A DNA stretch of 64,000 nt from the NCBI GenBank assembly GCA_977017575.1, contig CDRNVI010000049.1, positions 248,001 to 312,000 of the forward strand, written 5' to 3'. Positions 38,388-48,822 of the stretch are shown piece by piece; position 1 is the stretch's first letter; the number at the start of each line of letters is the position of its first letter. The notes beneath the pieces were generated by a model, which saw only the letters and a list, made by a program, of their open reading frames with translations, did no database searches and was not told where the DNA came from. The stretch is from Paramoeba atlantica (taxonomy: Eukaryota; Protista; Discosea). A program made the position numbers and the translations under genes.

Positions 38388-40430
38388 CTAATCACGCTCC
38401 ATTTCCAATGAAAGACCAAGTTCATCCTCTAAGAAATTATACTGAAAAGTAAACCCCTGTTTTACGCGTTGTTCCCACCCATTCTCGTAATCAAAGTACA
38501 AGTAATTCCCTTGCTCACAATCCTCATTCACTGTGGTTGGTTTATTGTGACGTTGAAACCATGTCAAAAACTTTTTATGGTAGCGCCAACTCTGCCTTTT
38601 AAGCTCTCGAGCCGCAAGAAATTGCTGATACGTTGCCTGCTGGTAGTAAAAAATAAAGAAAAGGGTATCCGTGTCAAATTTTGAAAAAATGTCCGGAGAG
38701 CAAAACGCAGAATGCGGCTCTTGGGGATACCATGACATGGTGGCATAGGGATTTGGTGGGACGTATGGCTTTCGACGTTCCGCATCAAATGGCTGTGGCA
38801 GTTGTGCGGCGGACATAGAGAACATTCGCAATGCTTGTTCCGCAGACCATGTCGGGGTATCGGAGAGAGGCAAGGACTCCACAATAGTCTCATCGGTGCT
38901 GTGGGGGGTGGCAGGGCTCATGGCAACGGGTCGAGGCCCTTGCGGGGCAAAGCCTTGTGGGGCAGAGGGCAAGGAGATGTCCTCAAGGGTGCCGCCCGCG
39001 GCAGAACCCAGAGTAATTCGCTCTCCTGTGCCAAGCCGTAGAGTCTTCCCCTCAGAAAGAGGAGTTGGGCGCTCCGCGCCTTTTCGAGTGCCAAAAGAAG
39101 TGGCTCCCTGACGGGTATCTTTCTCCGTGGTCCCGCCGCTCGAAAAGGTTTGAATGGGACTCGCCACTTTCTGTGTCCCAATAGCTGTAGCAGGTACTTT
39201 GCCGGGAACTCCGTGAGTCGCAGTCCGACCCTTTGTGGTTTCATGAGGTGCCGAGGCCGTGGTCTCGACTGCACTCCCGCCTACGCTACTTGATCCTCCG
39301 TTAGAGTGTCCCATTACTACGGGCGCGGTACTCACGGGCGTGAGCGTCTTCACCACCGCCGGTTGAATTGCGGGAGCCTGCCCCCCGGTGCGAGGCGACG
39401 GTCCTTTCACCATGCCCGCACTCGGAGCATTTGCGTGAGTCTTGTCTTGCATGATCCCTTTTCGGGTTCCACCCACTTCCTCCGTACGTGCATCTGAAAG
39501 TGGTTTACCACTTGTGGTACGTGGCCGATCGCTTTTTTTCGGACTGAGATCCGCCGTCTTGGTTGTCTTTCCTGATAACACAGATGTGGAGGATTTACCC
39601 TCCTCTTCCACTTTCGCGGGGATTTCCTCCGTGGTGACACTGACTGAGGGCTCCCTGGTCCCGAGAGTGACCCCTGCTGTTTGGGGTGTACTCGGATGGA
39701 GTAACCCAATCGGCGTGTCCAGCACGGGGAGGTCGAGGCTCTCATAGGTGTGATCGTCCTCTTCCTCATCCACCACCCCTTTCTCCTCTATGTAGTACTC
39801 GACCGTGTCCTGGGTCTCATCGACATCCGCCGGGACCAACTCGTCGTTGTCCATCATGCGCAAGATTTGCTCCAGGGTCGCAATGTGCCATTTATGTCGA
39901 GTGCTGCGCTGAGTAGCAGCTTCGTGGGCATCGCCGGAGTGTCGGGAGGAGGTAGATTTCTTTCGACCCCCGCGGGGTTGCGACTCGGTGGTTTCCACCT
40001 CCAGCTCACACTCGTCCACAAGCTCTTGAAGAGACTGTAGGGACGTGTTGATCCACGAAATGGTGTGGTGTTTGGCGACTTCAGCAGGATCAGTCTTAAT
40101 GGGGAGGGCGAGGCCCTCCTTGCTGTATGCCTTCGTCTTGGTTTCTTTCTCCACAACTTTAAAGGCCTCCATCTTGCCCTCGATGATCTTGCGCGACTCG
40201 TTTAAGGAGGTTTTGTCTTTTATTTCAGGAGTACTTTGCCAATTTTTAATCTGCTCTCTAAGACGCTGGAGCTTTTTGATTTCTTTTTTTAAGTCGGACT
40301 CATGTCTCTCCTTTTGCACTTGGGTTGGGGCAGAGTGTACTTTGTCCCACAAGGCATCAAAAATTTCAATACCTTCCTGCACCTTCTTTAGTGTTCGTTC
40401 GATTTCAGATTGTATTTTGCGACTGGTCAT
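38388..40430 (-). CDS. NOT3: CCR4-NOT subunit NOT3/NOT5
   Basis: RKIQSEIERTLKKVQEG...LKKEIKKLQRLREQIKNW N-terminus. C-terminal NOT-box DTDTLFFIFYYQQ.TYQQFLAARELK.QSWRYH. Confidence 0.95.
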   Translation of the reverse strand: MTSRKIQSEIERTLKKVQEGIEIFDALWDKVHSAPTQVQKERHESDLKKEIKKLQRLREQIKNWQSTPEIKDKTSLNESRKIIEGKMEAFKVVEKETKTKAYSKEGLALPIKTDPAEVAKHHTISWINTSLQSLQELVDECELEVETTESQPRGGRKKSTSSRHSGDAHEAATQRSTRHKWHIATLEQILRMMDNDELVPADVDETQDTVEYYIEEKGVVDEEEDDHTYESLDLPVLDTPIGLLHPSTPQTAGVTLGTREPSVSVTTEEIPAKVEEEGKSSTSVLSGKTTKTADLSPKKSDRPRTTSGKPLSDARTEEVGGTRKGIMQDKTHANAPSAGMVKGPSPRTGGQAPAIQPAVVKTLTPVSTAPVVMGHSNGGSSSVGGSAVETTASAPHETTKGRTATHGVPGKVPATAIGTQKVASPIQTFSSGGTTEKDTRQGATSFGTRKGAERPTPLSEGKTLRLGTGERITLGSAAGGTLEDISLPSAPQGFAPQGPRPVAMSPATPHSTDETIVESLPLSDTPTWSAEQALRMFSMSAAQLPQPFDAERRKPYVPPNPYATMSWYPQEPHSAFCSPDIFSKFDTDTLFFIFYYQQATYQQFLAARELKRQSWRYHKKFLTWFQRHNKPTTVNEDCEQGNYLYFDYENGWEQRVKQGFTFQYNFLEDELGLSLEMERD

Positions 40431-40685
40431 GGTTGATAAGTTGATATAAGCCTGTTTACTACACTACAGTGCTGTGATTTACGAACTTGTTCCAGTAAAC
40501 ATGAATAGGCAAATAAGATGTACGTTCTTTTGGTTCACAATATCTGCTATTTATCTGATTTATATCTAATTTATCTATAGGTCCTAAATTTATGTAATTG
40601 TTTTGAAGGCTTTTGCTTATTCGGTCAAATAATCTATCACCCGGCCGCGTCAGAAATACTGAAGGGACGTATAACTGACCGTGTT

Positions 40686-41747
40686 TTATAGGCCTAGTGC
40701 TTGTTCATACTCATAGGTTAGCTGAGCACAACATCGAGCCGCTGAAAGCGTATCTGGTGCGATGCGAACCCGTTTTAAGCCCACACCATGAGCTTTTGCT
40801 TCTTTATCCCATAATTCGTCATCGATTTTACCCTCATGTGAAAAACCTCCTATTATGAACACAGGGGCAATAGGTACATTTTCATATAGGCTAGACGAAG
40901 TTTCTACCTCCTTTCGGTTCTTCTTTGCTACATTCTCTGAAGTAATTTCGTTTTCGTCTGTCGCTCCAGCTGTTTCTGGATTATTGAAGTTGTCGTCCTG
41001 TTTTACTTTTTCTGTACTCAGTGACCAAGGATCTATGGGAGCATGGAGACGAGCAAGTTTACGAAGAGAAGAAACTGGATGCTCTGCAGATGTTGAAAAA
41101 ATGTATATCGAAGGTGCTGGATTGCTAATTTGTACAGAACTGTAGGATTCTGTTGCGAGTCTATGACTATCAACCAAAGTAAGTGGCACGTGCTGAAGCA
41201 ATGATCCCTTTATAGTTCGCAGTACAGATATCGGTATACTTTTTTTGGCAAAGTCTGATGCGGCAGAGAGTCCATTCTGCTGACCATGAGCGCTCGCTCG
41301 TACTTTGTACTCCAGTAAAACCCCAGTGATCATTTCACAAAATTCTTCTATTTTTAGTGGACAACGAAGTCGAGGATCGACCCTAATTAGTATTCCGCGT
41401 ATAGTGCGAAGATAAACCTCCATATGGCCGCTGAGGCATAGTGCACTGTCTAGGAGCTGCAAGAGACTTTGTAAAATCACGTCGGGGCGATATTTTCGAA
41501 TCTCTGAATCTTTTAATACCCGACGAATATAGGAACGGTGAGATGCGTGCCTAGAGTCTAAGAGGGTGGGAAGCGCCTCCTTGCTCCCAAATTTCTTTGT
41601 CTTTAATTTCGCAGATCGATCGGCATCCTTATGACCTTGTAAAGGCTTTACCGTAGCTACATCCAGTGCGCACCCATCTAACAAAACAACAACGCGTGAC
41701 CAGTGATGATTCTCAGAGAGGTTACGTGGAACTCGAGGAGTTTGCAT
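40686..41747 (-). CDS. NEP1: 18S rRNA pseudouridine N1-methyltransferase (SPOUT)
   Basis: LLDS.H, YRPDVI.QSLL.LLDS.L, VYLRT, IRVDP..R.P, VFIIGGFSH and LSAARCC. Confidence 0.85.
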   Translation of the reverse strand: MQTPRVPRNLSENHHWSRVVVLLDGCALDVATVKPLQGHKDADRSAKLKTKKFGSKEALPTLLDSRHASHRSYIRRVLKDSEIRKYRPDVILQSLLQLLDSALCLSGHMEVYLRTIRGILIRVDPRLRCPLKIEEFCEMITGVLLEYKVRASAHGQQNGLSAASDFAKKSIPISVLRTIKGSLLQHVPLTLVDSHRLATESYSSVQISNPAPSIYIFSTSAEHPVSSLRKLARLHAPIDPWSLSTEKVKQDDNFNNPETAGATDENEITSENVAKKNRKEVETSSSLYENVPIAPVFIIGGFSHEGKIDDELWDKEAKAHGVGLKRVRIAPDTLSAARCCAQLTYEYEQALGL

Positions 41748-42336
41748 TCGTATTTAGCTAAGGAGGTAGTGTCAAAAATATGCGAGCGAACTATTACTGT
41801 AGTAGTACTTAAAAATGTATGAAATGCAGCGTATAGAAATCCAGCTGTCACAATGCATGATATGTTAAGAATCATAATGCTCAAGAATGAATAATGCTCA
41901 AGAAATTGAATTGAAAAAATACCGTTAATACAAAGCGACTACTGGTACAAACAGCGACTACTTGTATTGTACATAAACATTTTTTTTCAGTGGATGACGC
42001 TCAGTTAAAAACTTATTCTTCGCTCCATGTAGTCTTTGTACACGTCTTTGTACGTCGTATTGACGTAGTTGTACTGTTCAAGACATGACTCATATGTAAA
42101 TCTCGGAGTATTGCATTCAGGTCACCGAACGTACGTCAGAATGATATGAAACCGAAAATTATAGCCCGAATACAGTTTACCTTCACCTACTCTAACAATC
42201 AAAATAACTTCTTTTCCACACATAAAATATCATGTCACTGGTATGCTTAGAAGTATTTTTGGATTATTTCGGTTACTCCAAGCACGGCTCACACGACTAT
42301 GTACCGAAATAGACTACATACTAACATGACAACGTA

Positions 42337-44859
42337 CTAAGATGGAGCGCTGCACTTAGAAAGTGAAGCCATTTGGTTCCAGAATAAACAAGGCGTGTTC
42401 AAAAGACCAGGTGGCATGTGGAGCTTATTGCACTTCGGCGTGGAGCAACACCCAGACGTAGAAAATTCCTTACACGGTTTTGTAAGTTTGGACCACTCAG
42501 CCACAGAGGAACAAAGCACTGGCACAGGTATGGGCACATATACAGGTATCGCATCATCCGACAAGGAAAGAAGCGTATCCTTCACTTCCTCGTCCTGCTC
42601 TCCAGTTTTTACCTTTGAATCCTCATTAGAACCCGCTGCCGTCATCGAATTTTCACCCCCCTTCTTCGCTTCCACATCCTTCTTCGTCCCCCCTCCTTCC
42701 CTTTGCGTTTTCTTCTTTCCCCCCTCCACCCCCTCCCCCTCCGCCACCCGCGATGGCCAGTGCGGCGATCCCGCATACACTCTCGGAAACGACCCTTCCG
42801 TTTTCATAGTCGCTGCCATCACTCCCTCCTCCTCCTCCCCCGTCTCTCCCCCCCTCCCCCACCGCCGCACCATCCTCCCCCGGCGCTCCACCTCATCCGG
42901 GTGCACGTACGGGCAGCACGCCGCGAGCAGGTGTTCCTGACACAGCCCCCCTGCGGGGCACGCCACGGCCTCGTGCACGTACACACACCCGCGGTCGCCG
43001 CACGCCCCGAACTCCTTGTAGGCCGCACACGGCAGCGTGGGCTCCGCGCACACCCGGCAGCGGTACGCGAGCCGGGGGGCGGCGGGGGCCAGGGAGCACA
43101 GCTCGGGGACGGGGGTACACATGAAGTGGGGCGCGACCCGGCGGCAGTCGATGCAGCGCTCCAGCAGGGCGTGCCGGAGCTGGGCGCGCTTGGTGTGGAG
43201 GCGACGGGCCCGGCGTAGGCTGGCACGGGAACGGGGGAGGGGTGGTTGTGGTTGTTGTTCATTTTCTTGTTCTTGTTCATTTTCTTCTTGTTTATTTTCT
43301 TTTTCTTGATCATTTTGTTCGTGTTGTTGTTCATTTTCTTGTTGTTGTTGTTCATTTTCTTGTTGTTGTTGTTCATTTTCTTCTTCTTCTCGTTGTGGTT
43401 GTGGTTTGTTGGTTTTGGATTGATTTTTGTTGATTTCGGATGGGGTTGGGTTGGGTTTCGTTTGTTCGTCGGATGGGGTTTCTGGTTGGTGTGCCTCGGT
43501 TTGAGGTTTGTAGGTTTGTGCTTGTGGGTTGTGGGCTTCGGTTTGTGGTTTCTTAGTTTGTGTTTGTGGTTGGCTTGTTTTTGTTTGTGGTTTGTTTAGC
43601 TTTGGTTGTTGTTTTCGTGTAGATGGAAAGGCGGAGGACACGAAAACCTTATAGCCGACGCTGTGGCTACGGAGAGGTTTGGAGCTTCCTGTGGGGGTCG
43701 CCTTACGCTGTTGAGTGGTACTGTAATGAGGTCCGGATGGAATGGAGGAAGACGGGGGGTGTTTTTGGCTGCGAGGGTAGTGGGTGGATTTAGCTGGGGA
43801 CGTGCTTCGAGCGCGTTGATGGGGATTGAAATTCGCTCGTTCATAGTCCTTGTGAGAGAATCCGTGTCTTCTTGACATCTCCTGGCCGTGTTCTCCTGTG
43901 TCTTCGAGAGTCATGGCACCGCGTTCGGTGTAGTGCGCATAGGTAATATCCAGGGGTACGTAGGGGAGAGGCTGCAAGTCCAACCGACAATCAGTGGACA
44001 GAAATTTAATACTATTGCGCTGCAGTTTACACCAGAAATTACGCGTGCCTGCCTGAAAACTTGCTAGCATGGAGGCGTATTCGCTTAAATCATGGGACGT
44101 AGCGAGTGCATGCCGTATGGGATCTTCCTGGAAAGGGAAGTAGTCCCCCATAGCAGGTAGTCGCAATACACCACGACGATTACGACCGCGATGTTCCTCG
44201 GTATGTGTCCCTGTCATTGTCATGGCTAGTGCAATGTCAATGAAATTATGAGGACGGAAGGGTGGTGGGACCCTTCCACCTGGCGCTACGCCATACGCTG
44301 ACTCTGCGGGGTGAATTTGCTGCACTGCAGCAAGTAGAGGACGTGCATCCCAGACAGCTTTGCTGATCGTGTTGCACTCCAGAAGTGGGACGAGGTGTGT
44401 GAGAACGGACTCTGAGGTTAAGGACGCGGGCTCGCACAGTAATATGTAGTTTCGCTCAGTAATCGATATCGCTAGGTGCGTGGGAAGGGGTCGGAACGGG
44501 GATCCGGAGGGTGAGACGTCGGCCAGATTCATCCAAATCGGACAGAGACCCACAATGGCGACGTCCATTTTACGTTGACTCACCCGAGTTGAGACCGTTC
44601 CGATGTAGTCACGCAGTTGGCATCCCAGCTCGTGAGGGGTCGAGACTTTTCGCACGGGGATACTGGGGGAAAAACCTGCAGTGGCAGTGGAGGTGATGCC
44701 ACGTGGTTTCGGAGATTCTACATTAGAAGAGCAAGTTTGGAAAGGCTTATCCGCTGATTTACCATATACACTTGTTGTAGCTCCGTCTGATGCGTCCGGA
44801 TGCGCTGCCATTCCTGTATTTATCTTGCTTTCTTCGTTCTGAAGCTCCTTGTTCGACAT
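42337..44859 (-). CDS. Multidomain protein: degenerate DEDDy (EXD1-like) exonuclease fold, low-complexity repeats and several CCCH zinc fingers
   Basis: LVPLLECNTISKAVWDAR, NFIDIALA and QPLP...TYA follow the EXD1-type motif order. CAAYKEFGACGDRGCVYVH and CKEFSTSGCCSTPKCNKLH are CCCH-like. Confidence 0.65.
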   Translation of the reverse strand: MSNKELQNEESKINTGMAAHPDASDGATTSVYGKSADKPFQTCSSNVESPKPRGITSTATAGFSPSIPVRKVSTPHELGCQLRDYIGTVSTRVSQRKMDVAIVGLCPIWMNLADVSPSGSPFRPLPTHLAISITERNYILLCEPASLTSESVLTHLVPLLECNTISKAVWDARPLLAAVQQIHPAESAYGVAPGGRVPPPFRPHNFIDIALAMTMTGTHTEEHRGRNRRGVLRLPAMGDYFPFQEDPIRHALATSHDLSEYASMLASFQAGTRNFWCKLQRNSIKFLSTDCRLDLQPLPYVPLDITYAHYTERGAMTLEDTGEHGQEMSRRHGFSHKDYERANFNPHQRARSTSPAKSTHYPRSQKHPPSSSIPSGPHYSTTQQRKATPTGSSKPLRSHSVGYKVFVSSAFPSTRKQQPKLNKPQTKTSQPQTQTKKPQTEAHNPQAQTYKPQTEAHQPETPSDEQTKPNPTPSEINKNQSKTNKPQPQREEEENEQQQQENEQQQQENEQQHEQNDQEKENKQEENEQEQENEQQPQPPLPRSRASLRRARRLHTKRAQLRHALLERCIDCRRVAPHFMCTPVPELCSLAPAAPRLAYRCRVCAEPTLPCAAYKEFGACGDRGCVYVHEAVACPAGGLCQEHLLAACCPYVHPDEVERRGRMVRRWGRGGETGEEEEGVMAATMKTEGSFPRVYAGSPHWPSRVAEGEGVEGGKKKTQREGGGTKKDVEAKKGGENSMTAAGSNEDSKVKTGEQDEEVKDTLLSLSDDAIPVYVPIPVPVLCSSVAEWSKLTKPCKEFSTSGCCSTPKCNKLHMPPGLLNTPCLFWNQMASLSKCSAPS
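43240..43620 (-). repeat. Coding tandem repeats (QQQENE)n and KPQT(EAH) units
   Basis: TTGTTGTTCATTTTC and GTGGTTT repeats on the + strand. Confidence 0.85.
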
Positions 44860-45114
44860 AAGAGTATACTTTTAGTCTGAAGTAGAAAAAAATGCAAGAA
44901 TTATAAAAGCGTGCACAACCGTGGGAAAAGAAAAGAAACTTTGAAAAGCTTTCTAAACGTAAAAATTAGTTTACACGCCTTTATGGAACGAGCCCTGGAC
45001 TGCGACAATTAGAATCCACGCGGAACCCTTCCTGTAATTATCTATTGGCGTTAATTATTTTTAAGAAATCGTTCGGATAAATGCGTAGATAAATCACTGT
45101 GCCTTACTCTACTG

Positions 45115-48100
45115 CTACGACGATTTTAAATAATTCCGAAGTGAGTCATATCGTACATTTTTAACTAGTGTCCCGGGTCCCAAAAGTTTTTTAAAACCCT
45201 CCCCCAATAACTCAAGTTCAGCGGTTTTACAAACACAGAGTATGTATCGTGCAGAGACTTGTAACACTTGTGAAAGTTGCGGGGCTGCTCTACGCCATAT
45301 TTCAGGTGCCGCCATTTGCTTTGCAGTTTCGTAGTATGTTTGGGGAAGTAGCCCGAGACAGTGAGAGAGAGCACTGGAGCGTACGTCGGAAACGGTTGCC
45401 CATGATGAGCAAGCCGAATATCTAAAACTGCACATTGCATTCGTGTATTTATCTCCGGACAACCAGTCAGGTAGTGCTGTGGTACCCTCGCGTAAATGTA
45501 TATTTGTCACTTTTCTATCTTTCACGTGTTCTAGGGCACGCTCTATTGGTAATAGCATGCTTTTGAGCGCTTTCACGGGGTCAGTACAATCATGTGCTTT
45601 AACCGTCAGAAGTTCATAATATTTATCGATACGTGCGTACGCCCCGTACGCGTATCCCGCGTCGCGTACAGAAGTTTGCAGTGGCCCATCCATCGTGCTG
45701 AGTGCGTGGCATACAAAAGAGGTAGCAATGAAGTCTTCAGAACTATCTATGCGTAGTGGAACAATAATCCGAACGTCTGCTCCGTCGGCCTCGTCGACAC
45801 CGGTCAGGAGACATTTCCCTGCCCAATTGCAAATCAAGTCATTAAGGAATGAGTTATTACGTTTAACAATATTTTCGTCGTCGGCCAGTATTTCCGAAGT
45901 TCGTTCTTTCCGAGAATCTAAAGTTGCAGTGGTAATTACTTTTCGATGAAGAGTTACGGATTTTTTGACCAAGACCTGTCTTTGCCATTCGTCTGAATCC
46001 ACCGTGCTGTCCGAAGACTCATTTGCTTGTTTCAAGGAATATTCCATTTCTTGCATTTGCGAAGCTATTTTCCAAACGTCCTTCGCAATTCGGGCAGATG
46101 ATTCATGCCCTGGGGAGGTTACAAGTATATAACAAGGACTCTGTTTCACTAAAACTCTTTCGTATACTTTGGACAGTGCCTCGACGTCATCATTGGTGCA
46201 TACTTTTCGTATTCTTTGGAGAAAACATTCCAAGTGGAATGAAGACAAGTAATACAATAAAAAGTTATCTTTGCTAGCTTTGAGAAGTAGTGCAAGCTGA
46301 CTCTCAACAAAGCTTTTTTCCCTTCGCGATTCTTGAATAGCAACAAACAAACGATGCGCTATGACCTGCACCCGCGCTGCTGTAAATTTAACCTTTTGAG
46401 TAACATTTTCGAACCATTTCAAAAGTGAAGGAACAGCTTCTTGACGGACAGTAAGTTCAATACAAAATAGATGAGGAGCTGCACCCGCAGAAAAATAACG
46501 ATTCGGACCTATTCCAAAATAGCAACTGTAGGATTGAATCTCATGGTGCAGATCGAAAGCTACTTGGGCGTAAGACATGTCTGGAGACATGTCAGATTCG
46601 AATAGTAGATCCCCCATCATAGCCAAATATTGAATCAGCTGAGGTGTATGTGGCACCTCGGAGACATCATAAAAGGCATGCACGCTTACAAATTCCGTAC
46701 AAGGAACAACCGTAAGGCACTGTAGCTTTGTACATAAATCTGTGTCAGGCATCGCTAGTGATTTTTTGCACTGCATTTTTTTTCGTCGAGAGAAATGAAG
46801 ATATTCAACTATCACTTCGTGCGGAAGCAATGATACACTGGAAGAAAGCATCGCAGGGTGATCATGAAATACGTTCTTGCATAACTCAATGTTTTTGCGA
46901 AGCAAAACTCTTTGTTGGTAATGTCTCATTAGACTTCGATGACCCGATCTACTGATGCTATGTTGCAGTAACCCTTGTAATCTTTTAGAACATTTTTCTT
47001 TGTTTTTAGTGGCTCTCCTGCTCGGAATCATATGTATCTCCACGTGATGACAAGTCGCCTTCATAAAATACGTTTCAAAAGTAGACAACCATTGCGGCGC
47101 ACTAAATTGTTTACATGTCGTAACTGCGCCACTGAGTACATCCTTCACACATGTTTGGGGATGTGAGGGATGGTAGACAAGTTCATGTAATAAATGTGAG
47201 CTGATATGCTCAAGGGGTTCCTCTTCATATCCATATTGTGCATCATCATATGATTTTTCCACCTGTCTAGAAAGCTCTCGTAGAACACAGGAGCTGTTTC
47301 CTTCTAGGTCCCGATGGATTTGATGAAAAACTTCTTCGAATTTATTCCAAAATTCTTCAAATTTACACTTTCGCTGAACACCTTGAAAACACACAACGAT
47401 TGAGCTTTCTTGGCGCAGAATAACATCGAAAGATACTGATGTTGCCCATGGTGGATCACACTCTACAAAGGCTTGATGGCATGGAGAAGCATTGTGTCCA
47501 TTTATGTATTCGATCAGTACATTTATCGCGAGACTGAGTGCGGGATCCTTCCTATGGCACTGGGGTAGTCTCCAGGCAAGATAGACAGTTGACGATGAGA
47601 GATCTGTACTTGGAAATAAAATGCGGCGTCGACGGGTGACCGCGCGTTTCAGACGATTTCCGAAATCATGAATTGTATTGAAGGATTCTGGGTTAACAGT
47701 CCTCCCTGCGACAGTCCTATAACCTGGGCTTTGCATTCCACACAAAAAGTCGAAATACTTGTCAATGTGTCCCAGTATGCTTTCACGGTTCCGAAACTGG
47801 CCGACAAAAACAAAGATCAGATTTTGAGGATAGTAATGCTGTCGGTGATATCGTCGCACATCTCGCACGGAAAGTGTAGCAAGATCTTTCGTGCGACCTC
47901 CACTATCGTATATATAGCGACTTCGAGGGTAGAGAAGTCGATGTAACGCATTTTGGGCTAGATCGGTTTCCGAATTCTCACGGTTAAGCATTTCACTATA
48001 CACCACTCCGCCATGTGTGCCACGGGAAGTGAAGTGCTGCACCTCGGTTCGGAAATCTGAAGGCAGGAGAGATGGTCGTAATACGTGCTCCAAATACATG

Positions 48101-48543
48101 GGCAACATTGCGGTAATGCCATCTTCGGATAGAGTATCTATGGTATATACGGTGTGATCTGTGGCAGTGTACGCATTCGTCCCGTGACTAAGACAACGCA
48201 ATGCCACGGCGTCTAGATGACCCCTCGAGTGGTGCTTAGTTCCCATAAAACACAAATGCTCCAGGCAGTGTGGTAACCCTCGGTTGTCATGAACTGGTGT
48301 ACGAACCGCAATGTTGAGGCGATAATTCGGACCTGGAACACTAGCAAAAGCTATTTGCGTGAGATACGACTTGTGCTCATAGACACATACGCCGTGCCTC
48401 GCGCAGCCGTCGAAAAATTCCCATGGTCCGATATCATAATTCTTGGAGGCACAGCTATCACTGTCAGGCATTTGCTCGTAGAGTTTCTTTCTACTATAAG
48501 GGACATGTAAAACAGAATGTAGAAAAATTAATTGTCTAAACAT
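45115..48543 (-). CDS. M16 (insulinase-like, M16C/PreP-related) zinc metallopeptidase
   Basis: Inverted zinc motif GLPHCLEHLCFMGT, GTNAYTA.DHT.YT, GGVVYSEM, DSGG and GYAYGA. Confidence 0.92.
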   Translation of the reverse strand: MFRQLIFLHSVLHVPYSRKKLYEQMPDSDSCASKNYDIGPWEFFDGCARHGVCVYEHKSYLTQIAFASVPGPNYRLNIAVRTPVHDNRGLPHCLEHLCFMGTKHHSRGHLDAVALRCLSHGTNAYTATDHTVYTIDTLSEDGITAMLPMYLEHVLRPSLLPSDFRTEVQHFTSRGTHGGVVYSEMLNRENSETDLAQNALHRLLYPRSRYIYDSGGRTKDLATLSVRDVRRYHRQHYYPQNLIFVFVGQFRNRESILGHIDKYFDFLCGMQSPGYRTVAGRTVNPESFNTIHDFGNRLKRAVTRRRRILFPSTDLSSSTVYLAWRLPQCHRKDPALSLAINVLIEYINGHNASPCHQAFVECDPPWATSVSFDVILRQESSIVVCFQGVQRKCKFEEFWNKFEEVFHQIHRDLEGNSSCVLRELSRQVEKSYDDAQYGYEEEPLEHISSHLLHELVYHPSHPQTCVKDVLSGAVTTCKQFSAPQWLSTFETYFMKATCHHVEIHMIPSRRATKNKEKCSKRLQGLLQHSISRSGHRSLMRHYQQRVLLRKNIELCKNVFHDHPAMLSSSVSLLPHEVIVEYLHFSRRKKMQCKKSLAMPDTDLCTKLQCLTVVPCTEFVSVHAFYDVSEVPHTPQLIQYLAMMGDLLFESDMSPDMSYAQVAFDLHHEIQSYSCYFGIGPNRYFSAGAAPHLFCIELTVRQEAVPSLLKWFENVTQKVKFTAARVQVIAHRLFVAIQESRREKSFVESQLALLLKASKDNFLLYYLSSFHLECFLQRIRKVCTNDDVEALSKVYERVLVKQSPCYILVTSPGHESSARIAKDVWKIASQMQEMEYSLKQANESSDSTVDSDEWQRQVLVKKSVTLHRKVITTATLDSRKERTSEILADDENIVKRNNSFLNDLICNWAGKCLLTGVDEADGADVRIIVPLRIDSSEDFIATSFVCHALSTMDGPLQTSVRDAGYAYGAYARIDKYYELLTVKAHDCTDPVKALKSMLLPIERALEHVKDRKVTNIHLREGTTALPDWLSGDKYTNAMCSFRYSACSSWATVSDVRSSALSHCLGLLPQTYYETAKQMAAPEIWRRAAPQLSQVLQVSARYILCVCKTAELELLGEGFKKLLGPGTLVKNVRYDSLRNYLKSS

Positions 48544-48822
48544 TTGCGCATGTATGAACTAGGTTACTTAGTTCATGAAGTAAGTACATGTCACAAAAAT
48601 GACATTATCTAATTCATATTGATTCGCCATCAAATTTTGAGTAAAGAAGCAAGGTCAAATTGATTAACGTGTAACTGACGAGTTTGTATTGGCATTTTAG
48701 AGTTTTGAGTTGGTTTTTTCTAACCGCTGTTGAGTGAAACGTTCCCCCCAAAATTCGTGGCCAATGAATTAAGCTACATGAGGCCATGCTACCCAGTAGA
48801 AGTATCACAAAGGTATCACCAC

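Noticed and set aside
42395-43875. Many overlapping ORFs in both strands, including hydrophobic F/L/V-rich ones at 43242-43599
   Set aside because: These are antisense or alternate readings of the QQQENE/KPQ repeats, not membrane proteins.
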